A stretch of 64,000 nt of DNA from Octopus sinensis (lineage: Eukaryota): contig NC_043000.1 of assembly GCF_006345805.1 (NCBI RefSeq), positions 2,542,001 through 2,606,000 of the forward strand. Direction: 5' to 3'. This document shows positions 24,540-37,419 of the stretch, piece after piece. How positions within the stretch are numbered: the stretch's first letter is position 1; each line of letters starts with the position of its first letter. A program made the translations under genes and the position numbers. A model generated the notes under the pieces. That model did not search any database and was not told where the DNA came from. It saw only the letters and a program-made list of their open reading frames with translations.

Positions 24540-27500
24540 TACTAATTTTGAGGAAACCAACAAGCCACCTGGTCACCTACCGATCGGGCCGGCATACTAG
24601 CCAAATCGACTACATCCTTGCCAGAAAAAGGGAAAGATGGCTGCTTAAAAATGCCAAAACCTTCCCAGGCGAAGAATGCACCCCCACAACATAGACTGGT
24701 AGTTAGTGACTTTAGGATCAGGACTAAGAGGGCGACTAGAAGACGACCAACATGGAGAAGAAGGGTCTGGAAGCTTAAAGCCCCTGCGAATGGACAGAGA
24801 TTTAGAGATATGTTACTTGAAGCCTTTGACGAAGTGGAAGGGGGTATAGCTACACATGGGGTAGAAGACAACTGGACGTTTCTGAGGGACAACCTGCTGA
24901 AAGCCACTGACCAGATCTGTGGCTGGTGCAAAGTCCCCTTAAGACCCAAAATAACGTGGTGGTGGAACAATATTGTTGACAGGGCTATTAGACAAAAGAA
25001 CAGGCTTGGAAGGCCTGGAAGAACGGTGGTAGCAGGAGGGTATCAGACTGCCAGAAGGGAAGCTAGGAGACAGGTCTATCTAGCCAGAGGGGAAGCAGAT
25101 AAGAGAAAATTTGCCAATGTCCTGCGCCGTGAGGATGAAAGACTTGAGGTATTTCGTGTTGCAAGACAGTGTGTGAGAGAGAATCGTGATGTGGTAGGAG
25201 AGAAATGTGTTCGCATGGAGGATGGTTCACTTGCACTAAATGAGGATGCAAAAGAGAAGCTTGGAGACGCCACTATGAAAGGTTACTGAATGAGGAAAAT
25301 GAATGGGATAAGAGAGTCTGCCGAATGTTGACCCTACAGAGGGACCAGCTATCCGAGTTGATAGTTCCGTGGTAGCTAAGGCAATTAGAAGCATGAAGAC
25401 AGGGAAGCCCCAGGCCCATCAGGAATTACTGCAGAGATGCTCAAAATATCTGGCAGTGTCGGCTATAACCTAGTCCCCGTATAGTATAGTCACCAGGTGA
25501 TACACGAAGGAGTCATACCCAATGACTGGTGCAGCAGCATACTAGTCAACTGCTACAAAGGTAAAGGTGATGCCCTAGATACAAATAATTACAGAGGTAT
25601 CAAGCTGTTGGATCAAGTAATGAAGGTTACGGAGAGGGTCATAGCCCAACTAATTAGAGAGAGAGTTAGTTTAGATGAGATGCAGTTTGGGTTCGTGCCA
25701 GGAAAAAGTACCACTGATGCTATATTCCTGGTAAAGCAGCTGCAGGAGAAATACCTAGCCAAAGATAAGCCCCTGTACCTGGCTTTCGTTGACATGGAGA
25801 AAGCTTTTGATAGGGTCCCCCGATCCCTTATCTGGTGGTCAATGAGGAAACTAGGGATAGATGAATGGCTGGTGAGGACTGTGCAAGCCATGTACAGAGA
25901 TGCCGTAAGTAAGGTTAGGGTTGGCAACATGTACACAGAAGATTCAAAGTAGAGGTTGGGGTCCACCAGGGTTCAGTACTCAGCCCCCTCCTATTTATCA
26001 TAGTACTCTCCAGGCAATTACGGAGGAATTCAAGACAGGCTGTCCCTGGGAGCTCCTCTACGCTGACGACCTTGCTCTTATTGCTGAGTCACTATCAGAA
26101 CTGGAGGAGAAGTTCCAGGTGTGGAAGGAGGGTTTAGAATCAGGGGCCTTAGAGTCAACCTAGCTAAAACCAAAGTACTAATAAGTAGAAAGGTAGACAA
26201 TCCACAAATATCTTCAGGAAGATGGCCCTGCTCGATCTGTAGAAAAGGTGTAGGTAGAAACTCTATAAGATGCCCAGTGTAAGCTATGGACACATAAGAG
26301 GTGCAGCAATGTCAAAGGTAGGCTAACCGGGAAGATATTTTTTGTATGTGGCAGATGCTCGGGAGCATTAACCTCCGAAAATCTGCAGAAAACAACTTCC
26401 ATCACTTTCCAGGGGAAAAACTAGAAGTAGTTGATAGCTTCCGTTATCTAGGTGACCAAGTCAGTAGTGGGGGTGGGTGTGCTGAAAGTGTAACTGCTAG
26501 AATAAGAATAGCCTGGCAAAGTTTAGGGAGCTCTTACCTCTGCTGGTGACTAAAGGCCTCTCGCTCAGAGTAAAAGGCAGACTGTATGATGCGTGTGTAC
26601 GAACAGCCATGCTACATGGCAGCGAAACATGGGCTGTGACTGCTGAGGACATGCGTAAGCTCGTGAGGAATGAAGCCAGTATGCTCCGATGGATGTGTAA
26701 TGTCAGTGTACATACTCGACAGAGCGTTAGCACCTTGAGAGAAATGTTGTACCTAGAAGCATCAGTTGTGGTGTGCAAGAGAGACGATTGCGCTGGTATG
26801 GTCATGTGGCGAGAATGGATGAAGATAGGTGTGTGAGAAAGTGCCAATCCCTAGCAGTTGAGGGAACCCGTGGAAGAGGTAGACCCAGGAAAACCTGGGA
26901 CGAGGTGGTGAAGCACGACCTTCGAACTTTAGGCCTCACTGAGAAATGACCAGAGACCGAGACCTTTGGAAATATTCTGTACGTGAGAAGACCAGGCAGG
27001 ACAAGTGAGCCCAGCCCACTTATGAATGCCTTTCCTCCCTTGGACACAAGACCGGTTGAGGCAAGCGAAGTCGATATAGAACCTCATCCGACGACAGACA
27101 CCCATCCCAACCCCCCATGCTTGCGAAGACATGTTGGGCAAAAGCGAAATCGAAATCGAAATCGAAACCGAATTGAACCAGCCAGGATCCCTGGCCTGGT
27201 GGTACGTAAAAAGCACTATCCGACTCGGGGCCGTGGCACGTAAAATACTCCAATGCGACCGTACGACAGGCACCCATGCCAACCCCCTTTGCTTGTGAAG
27301 ACATGTTGGGGCAAGCGAAATCGAAATCGAATTGAACCAGCCAGGATCCCTGGTCTGGTGGTACGTAAAAAGCACTATCCGACTCGTGGCCGTGGCACGT
27401 AAAATACTCCAATGCGACCGTACGACAGGCACCCTTGCCAACCCCCTTTGCTTGTGAAGACATGTTGGGGCAAGCGAAATCGAAATCGAATTGAACCAGC

Positions 27501-27840
27501 CAGGATCCCTGGTCTGGTGGTACGTAAAAAGCACTATCCGACTCGTGGCCGATGCCAGCAACCGCCTCGACTGGCTCCGTGCCGGTGGCACATAAAAAAT
27601 ACACCAATCTGACCGTGGCCGTTGCCAGCCCCGCCTGGCATCTGTGCAGGTGGCACGTAAAAAGCACCCACTACACTCACGGAGTGGTTGGCGTTAGGAA
27701 GGGCATCCAGCTGTAGAAACATTGCCAAATTAGACTGGAGCCTGGTGCAGCCTTCTGGCTTCCCAGAACCCCGGTCGAACCGTCCAACCCATGCTAGCAT
27801 GGAGAACGGACGTTAAACGAGGATGATGATGATGATGATG
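24540..27840 (+). mobile_element. RTE-clade LINE, 5'-truncated, frameshifted ORF2 (endonuclease C-terminus + RT) with 3' UTR and (GAT)n tail
   Basis: TYRSGRHTSQIDYIL, QHRLVVSDF, YRGIKLL, QFGFVPGKSTTDAIF, AFVDMEKAFDRVP, VHQGS, ELLYADDL, FRYLG, HGSETW, RGRPRKTW. Confidence 0.97.
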
Positions 27841-28143
27841 TGGAGGCACATGGCCTAGTGGTTAGAGCGGCGGACTCGCAGTCAAGTGATCGCAGGTTCG
27901 AATCTCAGACCGGGCGATGTGTGTGTTTATGAGTGAAACACCTAAGCTCCACACGGCTCCAGCAGAAGGTAATGGCAAACTTCTGCTGACTCTTTCGCCA
28001 CAACTTTCTCTCACTCGTTCCTCCTGCATCTTGCAGCTCACCTGCGGCAGACCAGCATCCCATCCAGGTGGGGAACCTATATGTCAAAGAAACTAGGAAA
28101 CTGGCCCTTATAAGCCAGGCGTGGCTCGAGAAGGAACAAACAA
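27841..28143 (+). mobile_element. SINE-D
   Basis: tRNA-like head with GGTTCGAATC B-box; middle matches 22191-22480. Confidence 0.8.
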
Positions 28144-28449
28144 TTTCAAAAACCATACCCATTTTTCAAACTAAAGTTTTTGAATTGCAGAGTTATCCCT
28201 GCTTTTGATTTTCTCAGAAGTGTCAGTCTAAATGATTCTTCAATAAAATGAAACTGTTTGCAATCCTGGGAGAGAAAGTCTTGAAACTTAATGGCAACAA
28301 ATGTCTTTAATTCTCAAGGTTGACAATTTTCTGTAACCTGTCATAACATTCCTGAAGATCCTGTGCACCCACAGGTGAAACTATGATACAGTGTACTCAT
28401 TTTTCCAACATTCAACAGTAAACAGATGTATGTGTGTGTATATATATAT

Positions 28450-28684
28450 TCTTTTACTCTTTTACTTGCTTCAGTCATTTGACTGTGGCCATGCTGGGGC
28501 ACCACCTTTAGTCGAGCAAATCGACCCCAGGACTTATTCTTTGTAAGCCTAGTACTTATTCTATTGGTCTCTTTTGCCGAACCGCTAAGTTACAGGAACA
28601 TAAACACATCAGCATCGGTTTTCAACCGATGTTGGGGGGACAAACACAGACACAAACATATACGCACATACACCCCCACACACA

Positions 28685-28729
<45 letters not shown>

Positions 28730-28855
28730 GACGGACTTCTTTGAGTTTCCATCTACCAAATCCACTCACAAGGCTTTGGTTGGCCCGAGGCTATAGTAGA
28801 AGACACTTACCCAAGGTGCCACGCAGTGGGACTGAACCTGGAGTCATGTGGTTCT
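28450..28855 (-). mobile_element. SINE-A, slightly 5'-truncated
   Basis: Matches other copies. Confidence 0.9.
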
Positions 28856-29027
28856 GACCTCTTAAAGGGATGTTAGCGTCCAATTTCCTGGTTTTTATCC
28901 AGTGTATCAGTGAAGTACTGAAAAGATGTTAGCTTCTCATTGATGCAAATGGATATATTAATATTTCTGTATATGAAAAGAAAATGTATGTATATGTATG
29001 ATATATGATAGGATATGATATGATATA

Positions 29028-29240
29028 TTGGTTTCAAATTTTGGCACAAGGCCAGCTGTTTTGAAAGTGGGGGGGTAAGGTGATTACATCAAGCCAAGTG
29101 ATCAACTGGTACTTATTTTATCAACCCCAAAACGATGGAAAGCAAAGTCGACCTCAGCAGAATTTGAACTCAGAACGTAGAGATGTATGACATACTACTA
29201 CCAAGCATTTTGTCCAGCGTACTCACACTTCTGCTCGCTA
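29028..29240 (-). mobile_element. SINE-B variant with alternative tail (..GTGCCAAAATTTGAAACC)
   Basis: Meta-like domain plus a different 3' end; a similar copy lies at 31825-32030. Confidence 0.75.
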
Positions 29241-30009
29241 ATATATTACCATCCGTTTATCATATGGCATTGTTTCTCAAACAATGCACTGAGTATGCTT
29301 AAAAATGTAATTTAACACTTTAGAAAATACATTATAATACGTGAGTATTTTGAAAAATGTGTTATTCCTAATTTTGTTACATTCAAATATGATTGATAAA
29401 ACAATGTAAACAAAGTTTTCTCCGTTTTTTTTTTTTCTTTCTAATTTTTAACTTTAAAGTTTCGTTGGTTTTCTTCTCCCCCATCTCTTTCCATGCCATA
29501 TGTACTAGTAATATTTTTGGTAAAATTTAATCATCTGATCATCTTCAGTGCACCAGAAATTCAAAAAAGATTAAGAACTACTGTCATATGATATTATTGT
29601 AATATCAGTGATATAACATAGTTACACACTGCTGTTAAATGATATAAGTAGTATCTCTGATATAAAACGCTGGTATTGTATGCTGCTGCAAAATATGACA
29701 AAGCATATTCCAACTCTTTTATCACATAATGTAACAAAACCTATGGTGCACCATCCACTCTGTGGCCCTCCCAAGACACAAATACAATAATATGGTCTAG
29801 TAATCACTAAAAATATAATATATTTCCACTCTTCTATTGTAGGGGTTAGCGAAATGTATGATAAGACATATTACCCCTCTTCTGTCAAATAGCATAGCAA
29901 ATACATGATATAACAAACTTCCATTCCGCTATCATATGGTGCAATAATATCTATTATATTGCAGAAGGCTTGCAAAGGACATCAATGCATCCTCTTCCTC
30001 AAATCAAAC

Positions 30010-30042
<33 letters not shown>

Positions 30043-30044
<2 letters not shown>

Positions 30045-30290
30045 GGACATGAAGGCCTGCAACATCAGAAAGAAAGGAAGAGACGTAAACAAGAGACTAT
30101 GGCACTACAACCAGCCAGGAACAGTCTTCGCTACATTTGCGGTACCTGCCAGAGGGAGTGTTTGTCCAGGATAGGACTACACAGCCACAGCAGGAAATGT
30201 ATCAGGATATGAAATATAAAAGCCAGACTAGACTACTTTGTGCGCAACTCCATTGTCTCCCGAGACAGAAAGGATGCCAACCAACCAACC
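30043..30290 (+). mobile_element. RTE (BovB-type) LINE 3' end
   Basis: YICGTCQRECLSRIGLHSHSRKC* zinc finger followed by the CATTGTCTCCCGAGACAGAAAGGATGCC end and (AACC)n. Confidence 0.85.
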
Positions 30291-30574
30291 AATATATATT
30301 TATGAAACAAGGAAGGGTTAAATAAGGGATATAAACCCACACTAAATACTTCTTAAGATCTCTACAGATAAAAATACACCAGACTACCAAAAGGTTTGAT
30401 GGTCGATATTGTACTCTAGGTAATCTAAAGTGAAAAGCCGAAGCTGAAGTCCATCAGCTGTCAAATTTATAAATCCATGGTTGCATTACCCTGTTAAATA
30501 TGATAGGTTTTTACAGTGACAAAAATAATGGATTATATACATTTATTTGTTTATTTTAGGCTATAAGCCTATAA

Positions 30575-30770
30575 TAAATAACCTTCTGGATTTCATGTTG
30601 TTAGTGTTGGGCCCTGAGGGTGCTGTAGTTTAGTCATAGAAGTATACCTACCATTCCATGAGCTTTCTAAAGTTGATGATCTTCTCAAGTAGCATTCTTG
30701 TGTAGAGTTCATTTGATGGTGTGGGTTTATTTTTTGTTGAATAACCAAGATTGTATAATTCCATGTTCAT
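30575..30770 (-). mobile_element. Penelope-like element ORF N-terminal remnant
   Basis: MELYNLGYSTKNKPTPSNELYTRMLLEKIINFRKLMEW*VYFY resembles the YS.KNIP.P...Y...L..K...F..RMRW.A.FF N-terminus of invertebrate Penelope ORFs (recalled, not searched). Confidence 0.55.
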
Positions 30771-31020
30771 GAAAAGAGAATGTACACTATTGGTGGGGCA
30801 GCTATAGAACACAAACCACACGGTGGCCTATTGCAATACACTCTGCAACCAGGCAGTGTAAAGAATTGGTCAATTATTCGTAAGCACACTCTCAAAAAAA
30901 ACTTTTGAGCATCAATATCTTATGTAATTCTTTGTAACGTAAAAATTACACAGGATATTACTGCCCAAAAGATTTTTAGAGTCTACTTTTTTCAGAACAA
31001 CTGACTTATTATATATATAT

Positions 31021-31377
31021 ATTTAAAATTAAATAAGGGTAGAAATTGACATTAATCAATTAAAACCAGTGGCTTAGCATATTTTAAAAAGTCTGAAGAT
31101 TAAAAATTGTGTTTCATACAAAATTTAGAGGACTGACCACTAAAAGTAGACAGCCTATATGCTAAACATAGACGTCAAATTGCCATTACCGCGAAATATG
31201 TGTTCTCAAAAAAAATCTCAGCAAAAAGCCAAAATGTAAAAATAAGCATACTTTTAGTGGTCAGTCTTCTGAATTTTGTATGTAACACAATGTTTAATCT
31301 TCAGATTTTTTAAAATATGCTAAAGCCACTGGCTTTAATTGATTAATGTCAATTTCTACCCTTATTTAATTTTAAAT
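31021..31377. mobile_element. Palindromic MITE/foldback element, ~127-bp arms, ~100-bp spacer
   Basis: 31021-31147 is a near-perfect reverse complement of 31250-31377; a further partial arm lies at 31755-31820. Confidence 0.75.
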
Positions 31378-32904
31378 TTAAAAAAATGTTCTCTAACCAG
31401 TAAATTTACTGCTGTAGTTCATTAACTGCAGAGTAGTTTCCAATCTCAGCACACCAAAGTGAGGGCATTTGAAAAGATGCATCTAATTATAATTTGTAGA
31501 ACTTTTTTACATGCTGGATTTCGGTTGAGTGTTCTGTGTCTAGTTCTGGAAATTGCGTTTTGTAAACGACAGACTATGCTGATGATCTTGTAGATGTTTG
31601 CATGTCCATATATGTAAATATTAACTAGTGAAACCAATGGTACATAGGTAATCGTTTTTTATTTCGTATATTTTCATTTGCCTTGCTTATTTTTACATTT
31701 TGACTTTTACTGAGATTTTTCTTGAGAACACATTCTTTGTGATAATGGTGATTCGATGTCTATGTTTAGCATACAGGCTGTTCACTTTTAGTGGTCAGTC
31801 CTCTAAATTTTGTATGTATATATATAGGCACGAGGCCTGAAATTTTGGGGTGGGGGTGGCCAATTTCATCGACCTCAGGACATGACTGGTACATACTTTA
31901 TTGAATCGGAAAGGATGAAAGGCAGATTTGACCTCAGTGAAATTTGAACTCAGAACATAAGGACAGACGAAATGCTGCTAAGCATTTTGCCCAGCATATT
32001 AAAGATTCTGCCAGCTCACCACCTTAACAATAATAATAATAATAATAATAATAATGATAATAATTAACTGAAAAAAGTACTGAACATAAGTGTTAATTCA
32101 TGTTATGATAATTTTCCGAGTGAGAAATTGATGGAGAGCAGGGGGGGGGGCACATTTTACAATTTGAATAATCTACATACATGACTAAACTTCAGAAATT
32201 CTATATATATATATAACTTATACTCTGCTGTTGTGTGGTCCAACAATATCTTTGATTTAAAAAAAAAAAAAAAGACAAAAAAAAGACAAAAATTTCTCTG
32301 CTATCAAATAAAATATACAATAAAGCATACTTCCATTCCAGCAATCATATGATATAACAAAATTAATGATATAACATATATCAGTTTTGCTATCATACAG
32401 TATAGCAATATCCAAGTTATAACATACTTCAACTCTGTTATCATATCATATAAGGAAATCTATTATCTTTCATACATTACAATTTTTTATCCTCTAATAT
32501 GCATATATTCAGTTTCTATACTTCTGTAATATGGCTAAAAACCATCATCATTGTTGTTGTTGCTGCTGTTGTTCAGTAGTTTTTTTTTGTGTTTTTTCTT
32601 TTGCATGCTTTTACTACATTACCAATCATTGCTTTGTAAGCCTTGGATATGTGCAGTCTTTTGTTTTGGTATTTGTTTGTTTCTGTTGTTTTGAATCTAC
32701 ATGATGTGATATGTGCAGTGCCTAGTGGTATTATTTTCTGTAAGTTATGTATGTTTCTAAGTCCCGGGGTTTAGTTTATGTCTGTCTGCATGTCATCATC
32801 ATCACCATCGTCATTTAAAATCCGCTTTCTATGCTTGCATGAATTGAATGGAATTTGTTGAGGTAGATCTAAGGTTGAATGCCCTTCCAGTCACCAACCC
32901 TAAG

Positions 32905-33136
32905 GTAGCAAGCTGGCAGAAACGTTAGCATGCTGAGCGAAATGCTTAGCGGTATTTCGTCTTCTGTTACGTTCTGAGTTCAAGTCCGCCAAGGTCGACT
33001 TTGCCTTTCATCCTTTCGGGGTCGATAAATTAAGTACCAGTCACGCACTGGGGTCGATATAATCAACTTAATCCCTTTGTCTATTCTTGTTTGTCCCCTC
33101 TGTGTTTAGCCCCTTGTGGGCAATAAAGAAATAAGT
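32905..33136 (+). mobile_element. SINE-B monomer
   Basis: Head, Meta-like domain, AATAAAGAAATAAG tail. Confidence 0.9.
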
Positions 33137-33509
33137 ACATGTCATGGAGGTCGTTTATTTTATTGGATATTTACTGTTTAGAGTGGTTTGTGGATTATTT
33201 TATTTGGGTTGTACTCTTGATTTGATAGAGTATAGCTTAGGATGTGGGCTGTCCCTAGCAGGCCTATTTTTCGGATAGTGTGCAGTGTTGAGTGACCAGG
33301 TGTAGCTTTTGCATTCTTGTTCATATGTTTCTTCATCTTACCCAGTACTCCAATTATAACTGGTAGAGAGTATTTCTTTATTCACCATAAGGTTGAGAAA
33401 AAGAGGGGACGATACGAGGACAGACAAAACAAACATTGGGGTCAGGGTATCGAATGGGACAAAATGTATGAATAAGCACTTTTCAGACCCCCTCCTCTTC
33501 AGGTTATTA

Positions 33510-33720
33510 TCTCTATTTCCAACTCTTTATATTTGGATAATTTCTCTATTTCTTTGAGAGTTACTTTATCATTTATAAGGATTGATAAGTCATGTACAGG
33601 GTACTTTCATTTCCTTGATATCTTCAATAACAGTATCTGGTCAGTTAGTTCTGATCCTCTTGACAATGTAATGGCATATTGCAGAGCAATGTAACCTTTT
33701 TTGTTTGCTGAGATCCTTTC
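33510..33720 (-). mobile_element. R4/NeSL-type LINE fragment (restriction-like endonuclease region)
   Basis: KVTLLCNMPLH...PDTVIEDIKEMKV...LSILINDKVTLKEIEKLSKYKELEIEI matches the RPDIV..D...KE.EK..KY..L..EI pattern. Confidence 0.7.
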
Positions 33721-33721
33721 T

Positions 33722-33951
33722 TACTCTTTACTCTTTTACTCTCTTTTACTCTTTTACTTGTTTCAGTTATTTGACTGCGGCCATGCTGGAGCACCACCTT
33801 TAATCGAGCAACTCGACCCCAGGACTTATTCTTTGTAAGCCCAGTACTTATTCTATCGGTCTCTTTTGCCGAACCGCTAAGTGACGGGGACGTAAACACA
33901 CACCAGCATCGGTTGTCAAGCAATGCTAGGGGGACAAACACAGACACACAA

Positions 33952-33988
<37 letters not shown>

Positions 33989-34157
33989 CATATATACGAC
34001 AGGCTTCTTTCAGTTTCCGTCTACCAAATCCACTCACAAGGCATTGGTCGGCCCGGGGCTATAGCAGAAGACACTTGCCCAAGATGCCACGCAGTGGGAC
34101 GAACCCAGAACCATGTGGTTGGTTAGCAAGCTACTTACCACACAGCCACTCCTGCGC
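33722..34157 (-). mobile_element. SINE-A, full length, with (TACTCTTT)4 tail
   Basis: Matches other copies. Confidence 0.93.
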
Positions 34158-34544
34158 CTGGTTATATCTTGTGCATGTTTATATCACCTTTTATTTGTCT
34201 GTATTTCACAATGCTGCCATAATAATTTCTTAAGAATGAAAGCCTTACTCTATCATGCCTATAAATGTAGTGGTAGCTAGAGACAATATAATTGATTGTT
34301 TCTTCCTCCAACTCATAACATTCTGAAGTTACATAATGTATTCTGTTTCATTATGGGATTTGGTGGTTTCTTAGTGGGAAGGCTTTGATATTGTGTTGCA
34401 GAAGTGAACCTTTTAGTCTCAGCTTTGAGCTCTGCACTTTTCAACCAATGTTGAAAATTTTCCTCGTCTACTTCCTCCCTGTTAGGCTTTTCACTGTTGG
34501 GGCTTTTCTTGTCACAGTTATCTCATCATCATTGTTGTCTTTGT

Positions 34545-34860
34545 CCTCCTCCTCCTCTTCCTCCTATTCATCCTCCTTCTCTTCCTCCTCCTTCTCATCC
34601 TCCTTCACTTCCTCCTCCTTCTCATCCTCCTCCTCTTCCTCCTCCTTCTCATCCTCCTCTTCCTCCTCCTTCTCATCCTCCTCCTCTTCCTCCTCCTTCT
34701 CATCCTCCTCTTCTTCCTCCTCCTTCTCATTCTCTTCCTCCTCCTTCTCATCCTCCTCCTCCTCCTCCTCCTTCTCATCCTCCTCCTCTTCATCCTCTTC
34801 CTCATCCTCCTCCTCCTCATCATCATCATCATCATCATCATCTTCTTCTTCCTCATCATA
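34545..34860. repeat. (CCT/TCT/CAT)n array with 24-27-bp higher-order units
   Basis: Seen directly. Confidence 0.95.
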
Positions 34861-35354
34861 AAACAGGTTTATGATTAAGCCGAATGAAGTGAGACATTTA
34901 AGCTGTCCAAGACCAGGGGCTGCATGATCTCAAGTACAAATATTGCTTGGGTGTTTTGACAATGGCTTTCATTCTGACTGACCTACTGAGTCAATAAGTA
35001 CCAGTAGTATATTGGGGCTATGTTCATCATCCATAAGCCTCCCTTCTTACCAACACGATTCATCATCATCATCACCATGCTTTAACCATACCCGAAAAGC
35101 TAACCTGTTATTACCTGTTAGTAATGTAGCAACCATATGTAAACTTTTTTTCTCTTCTTTTCCGCCTGTTTCCTTCGATAAGTTCTCTTGATGAATGAAG
35201 CTGACATTTATGTCTGACTATTGATCAAGGATGTCTTTGAAGCATCAAAATGGTACCATGGCATCAGAAGTCTGTTCTTTATGTACACGTTATAACATTA
35301 CATAAAATTTAGTTCTTTACTTTTTTAACTGGAAAAAAAAAAAAAAAAACATAC

Positions 35355-35683
35355 CTTGTTCTTTTTGTACGAAGGTGAGAAGATATGAAATCAAATTTTG
35401 CTTTTGCTGTCAGAATGAAACTGAACATATTTTTAATGAAAAAAAAAAAAAAAAAAGAATATGTTTGTGCAATAAAAAAGCAAATTTTTTTTTTATCATC
35501 CTTCTCTATATTTCCAAGCATTAACCGATTCTATTAGCCACTTGCTGTAACAACAACAGCTTGTCAAATCCACTGTACCGGTAATATATATGGGAGAGTG
35601 GTGGTAATAAATAGTTGATCATTTGGTTTACTTCAAGGTCAATGGATGTTTAAGAACAATTTCTTCCTTTTCGCTCTGTTATT
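35355..35683 (-). other. Candidate non-coding (5' UTR-like) exon
   Basis: Minus strand (t)nccctgatag| acceptor and AAG|GTATGT(t)n donor; unique, non-repeat, non-coding sequence. The 5' boundary is approximate. Confidence 0.3.
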
Positions 35684-36339
35684 CTATCAGGGAAAAAAAA
35701 AAAACATAAAGCTAAAAGCTACTAAAAAGATTCTTTAAAAATTATAAATAATTATATAAATAAATCTCAGAAACCACAAATCTTCATCTTTTAATGAGAT
35801 TTTTAATCACAAAATAAACATTTATTCTCCTGCATTAATTCTTAATTTAATTTGGAAATTTCACTGGTAAAAAAAAAAAAAAACAATATCAGAAAAATTG
35901 TTTTAAAGAAACCTGGATGTTTTGAGAATCTCTTGAAATGATTCGACAAAGATGCTCTGATTGGCTTTGATGTTGGACTGGGTGGGGAAGTAGCAATTAC
36001 ATTGGTGGTGATGTACTGTAGCGGTGGTGGTGGTGGTGGTGGTGTCGAGAGGATAAGAGGATGGTATCAATGGTATGTTGTGGTACTACTACCTTTTCAG
36101 TTTGATCAATCTCAGTGAAAACATCAACTGAAAACAGTGCCGAAAATCGGTAAAACCAGATTAAAATTACCATCCATAATTCAGACTGCCTTGCTGCACA
36201 GTTTCTATTGGATTAGCAGGAACAAACTAGCTTGGTTTATGGCTTTGATTGGATTAAGCTACATGTTCAGCCCGCTCCAAAGATTTTCAGAATCTGAAAG
36301 CTGATGAAAAATCAAATTTTCCAAAGAACTGTGAAATTA

Positions 36340-36416
36340 GACTTATTATTATTATCATTATTATTATTATTATTATTGGTGTTATTATTATTATTGGTAT
36401 TATTATTATTATTATT

Positions 36417-36451
<35 letters not shown>

Positions 36452-36459
36452 TATTATTA

Positions 36460-36490
<31 letters not shown>

Positions 36491-36810
36491 CATCATCATT
36501 ATTATTATTATTATTATTATTATCATTATTATTATTATTATTATTATCATCATCATCATCATCATCATTATTATTATTATCATTATCATTAGTATTATTA
36601 TTATTATCATTATCATTATTATTATTATCATTATTATTGTTATTATTATTATTATTATTGGTATTATTATTATTATTATTGGTATTATAGTTGTTAGTAC
36701 TGTTGTTGTTCATACTACTACTACTACTACTTTGTTTTCATAGTTTTGTTGTTGTTGTTTTTGTTCTTATTATTATTGGTGGTGGTGGTGGTGGTGGTGG
36801 TAATGGAATG
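36340..36810. repeat. (ATT/ATC)n trinucleotide array
   Basis: Seen directly. Confidence 0.95.
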
Positions 36811-36939
36811 ATGATTATTAATATTATTTGTTTTTAATATCTGTGTATGTCATCCTTCATATGTAGTCAGATATGTTTACACTCACACGTGCTCATGCAC
36901 ACATAAACACCTGTGCATACAAGAGTACAGACGTTACAC

Positions 36940-36967
36940 ACATAATATATATATATGCTCACACACG

Positions 36968-37005
<38 letters not shown>

Positions 37006-37224
37006 GATGATGATGGTATATATATATTTGTGTGTATGTATATATGTGTGTATATATAGTATGATATATAAGTATATATGTATCTCTATGTAAGTCTATA
37101 TATATATATATATAATAATAATAATGATGATGATGATATCTATATATTTGTGTGTGTGTGTATGTATATCTGTGTGTATATATAGTATGATATATAAGTA
37201 TGTATGTATCTCTATGTAAGTCTA

Positions 37225-37264
<40 letters not shown>

Positions 37265-37271
37265 TATATAT

Positions 37272-37354
<83 letters not shown>

Positions 37355-37370
37355 ATATATATATATATAC

Positions 37371-37419
<49 letters not shown>

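Noticed and set aside
26929-27667. Two ~220-aa minus-strand ORFs with 53-aa repeats
   Set aside because: They are antisense to the RTE 3' UTR; the 159-bp duplication keeps frames open by chance.
29505-29555. Minus-strand CTGAAGATGATCAGATGATTAAA as a hammerhead relic
   Set aside because: GAAA is absent; it would need several assumed back-mutations.
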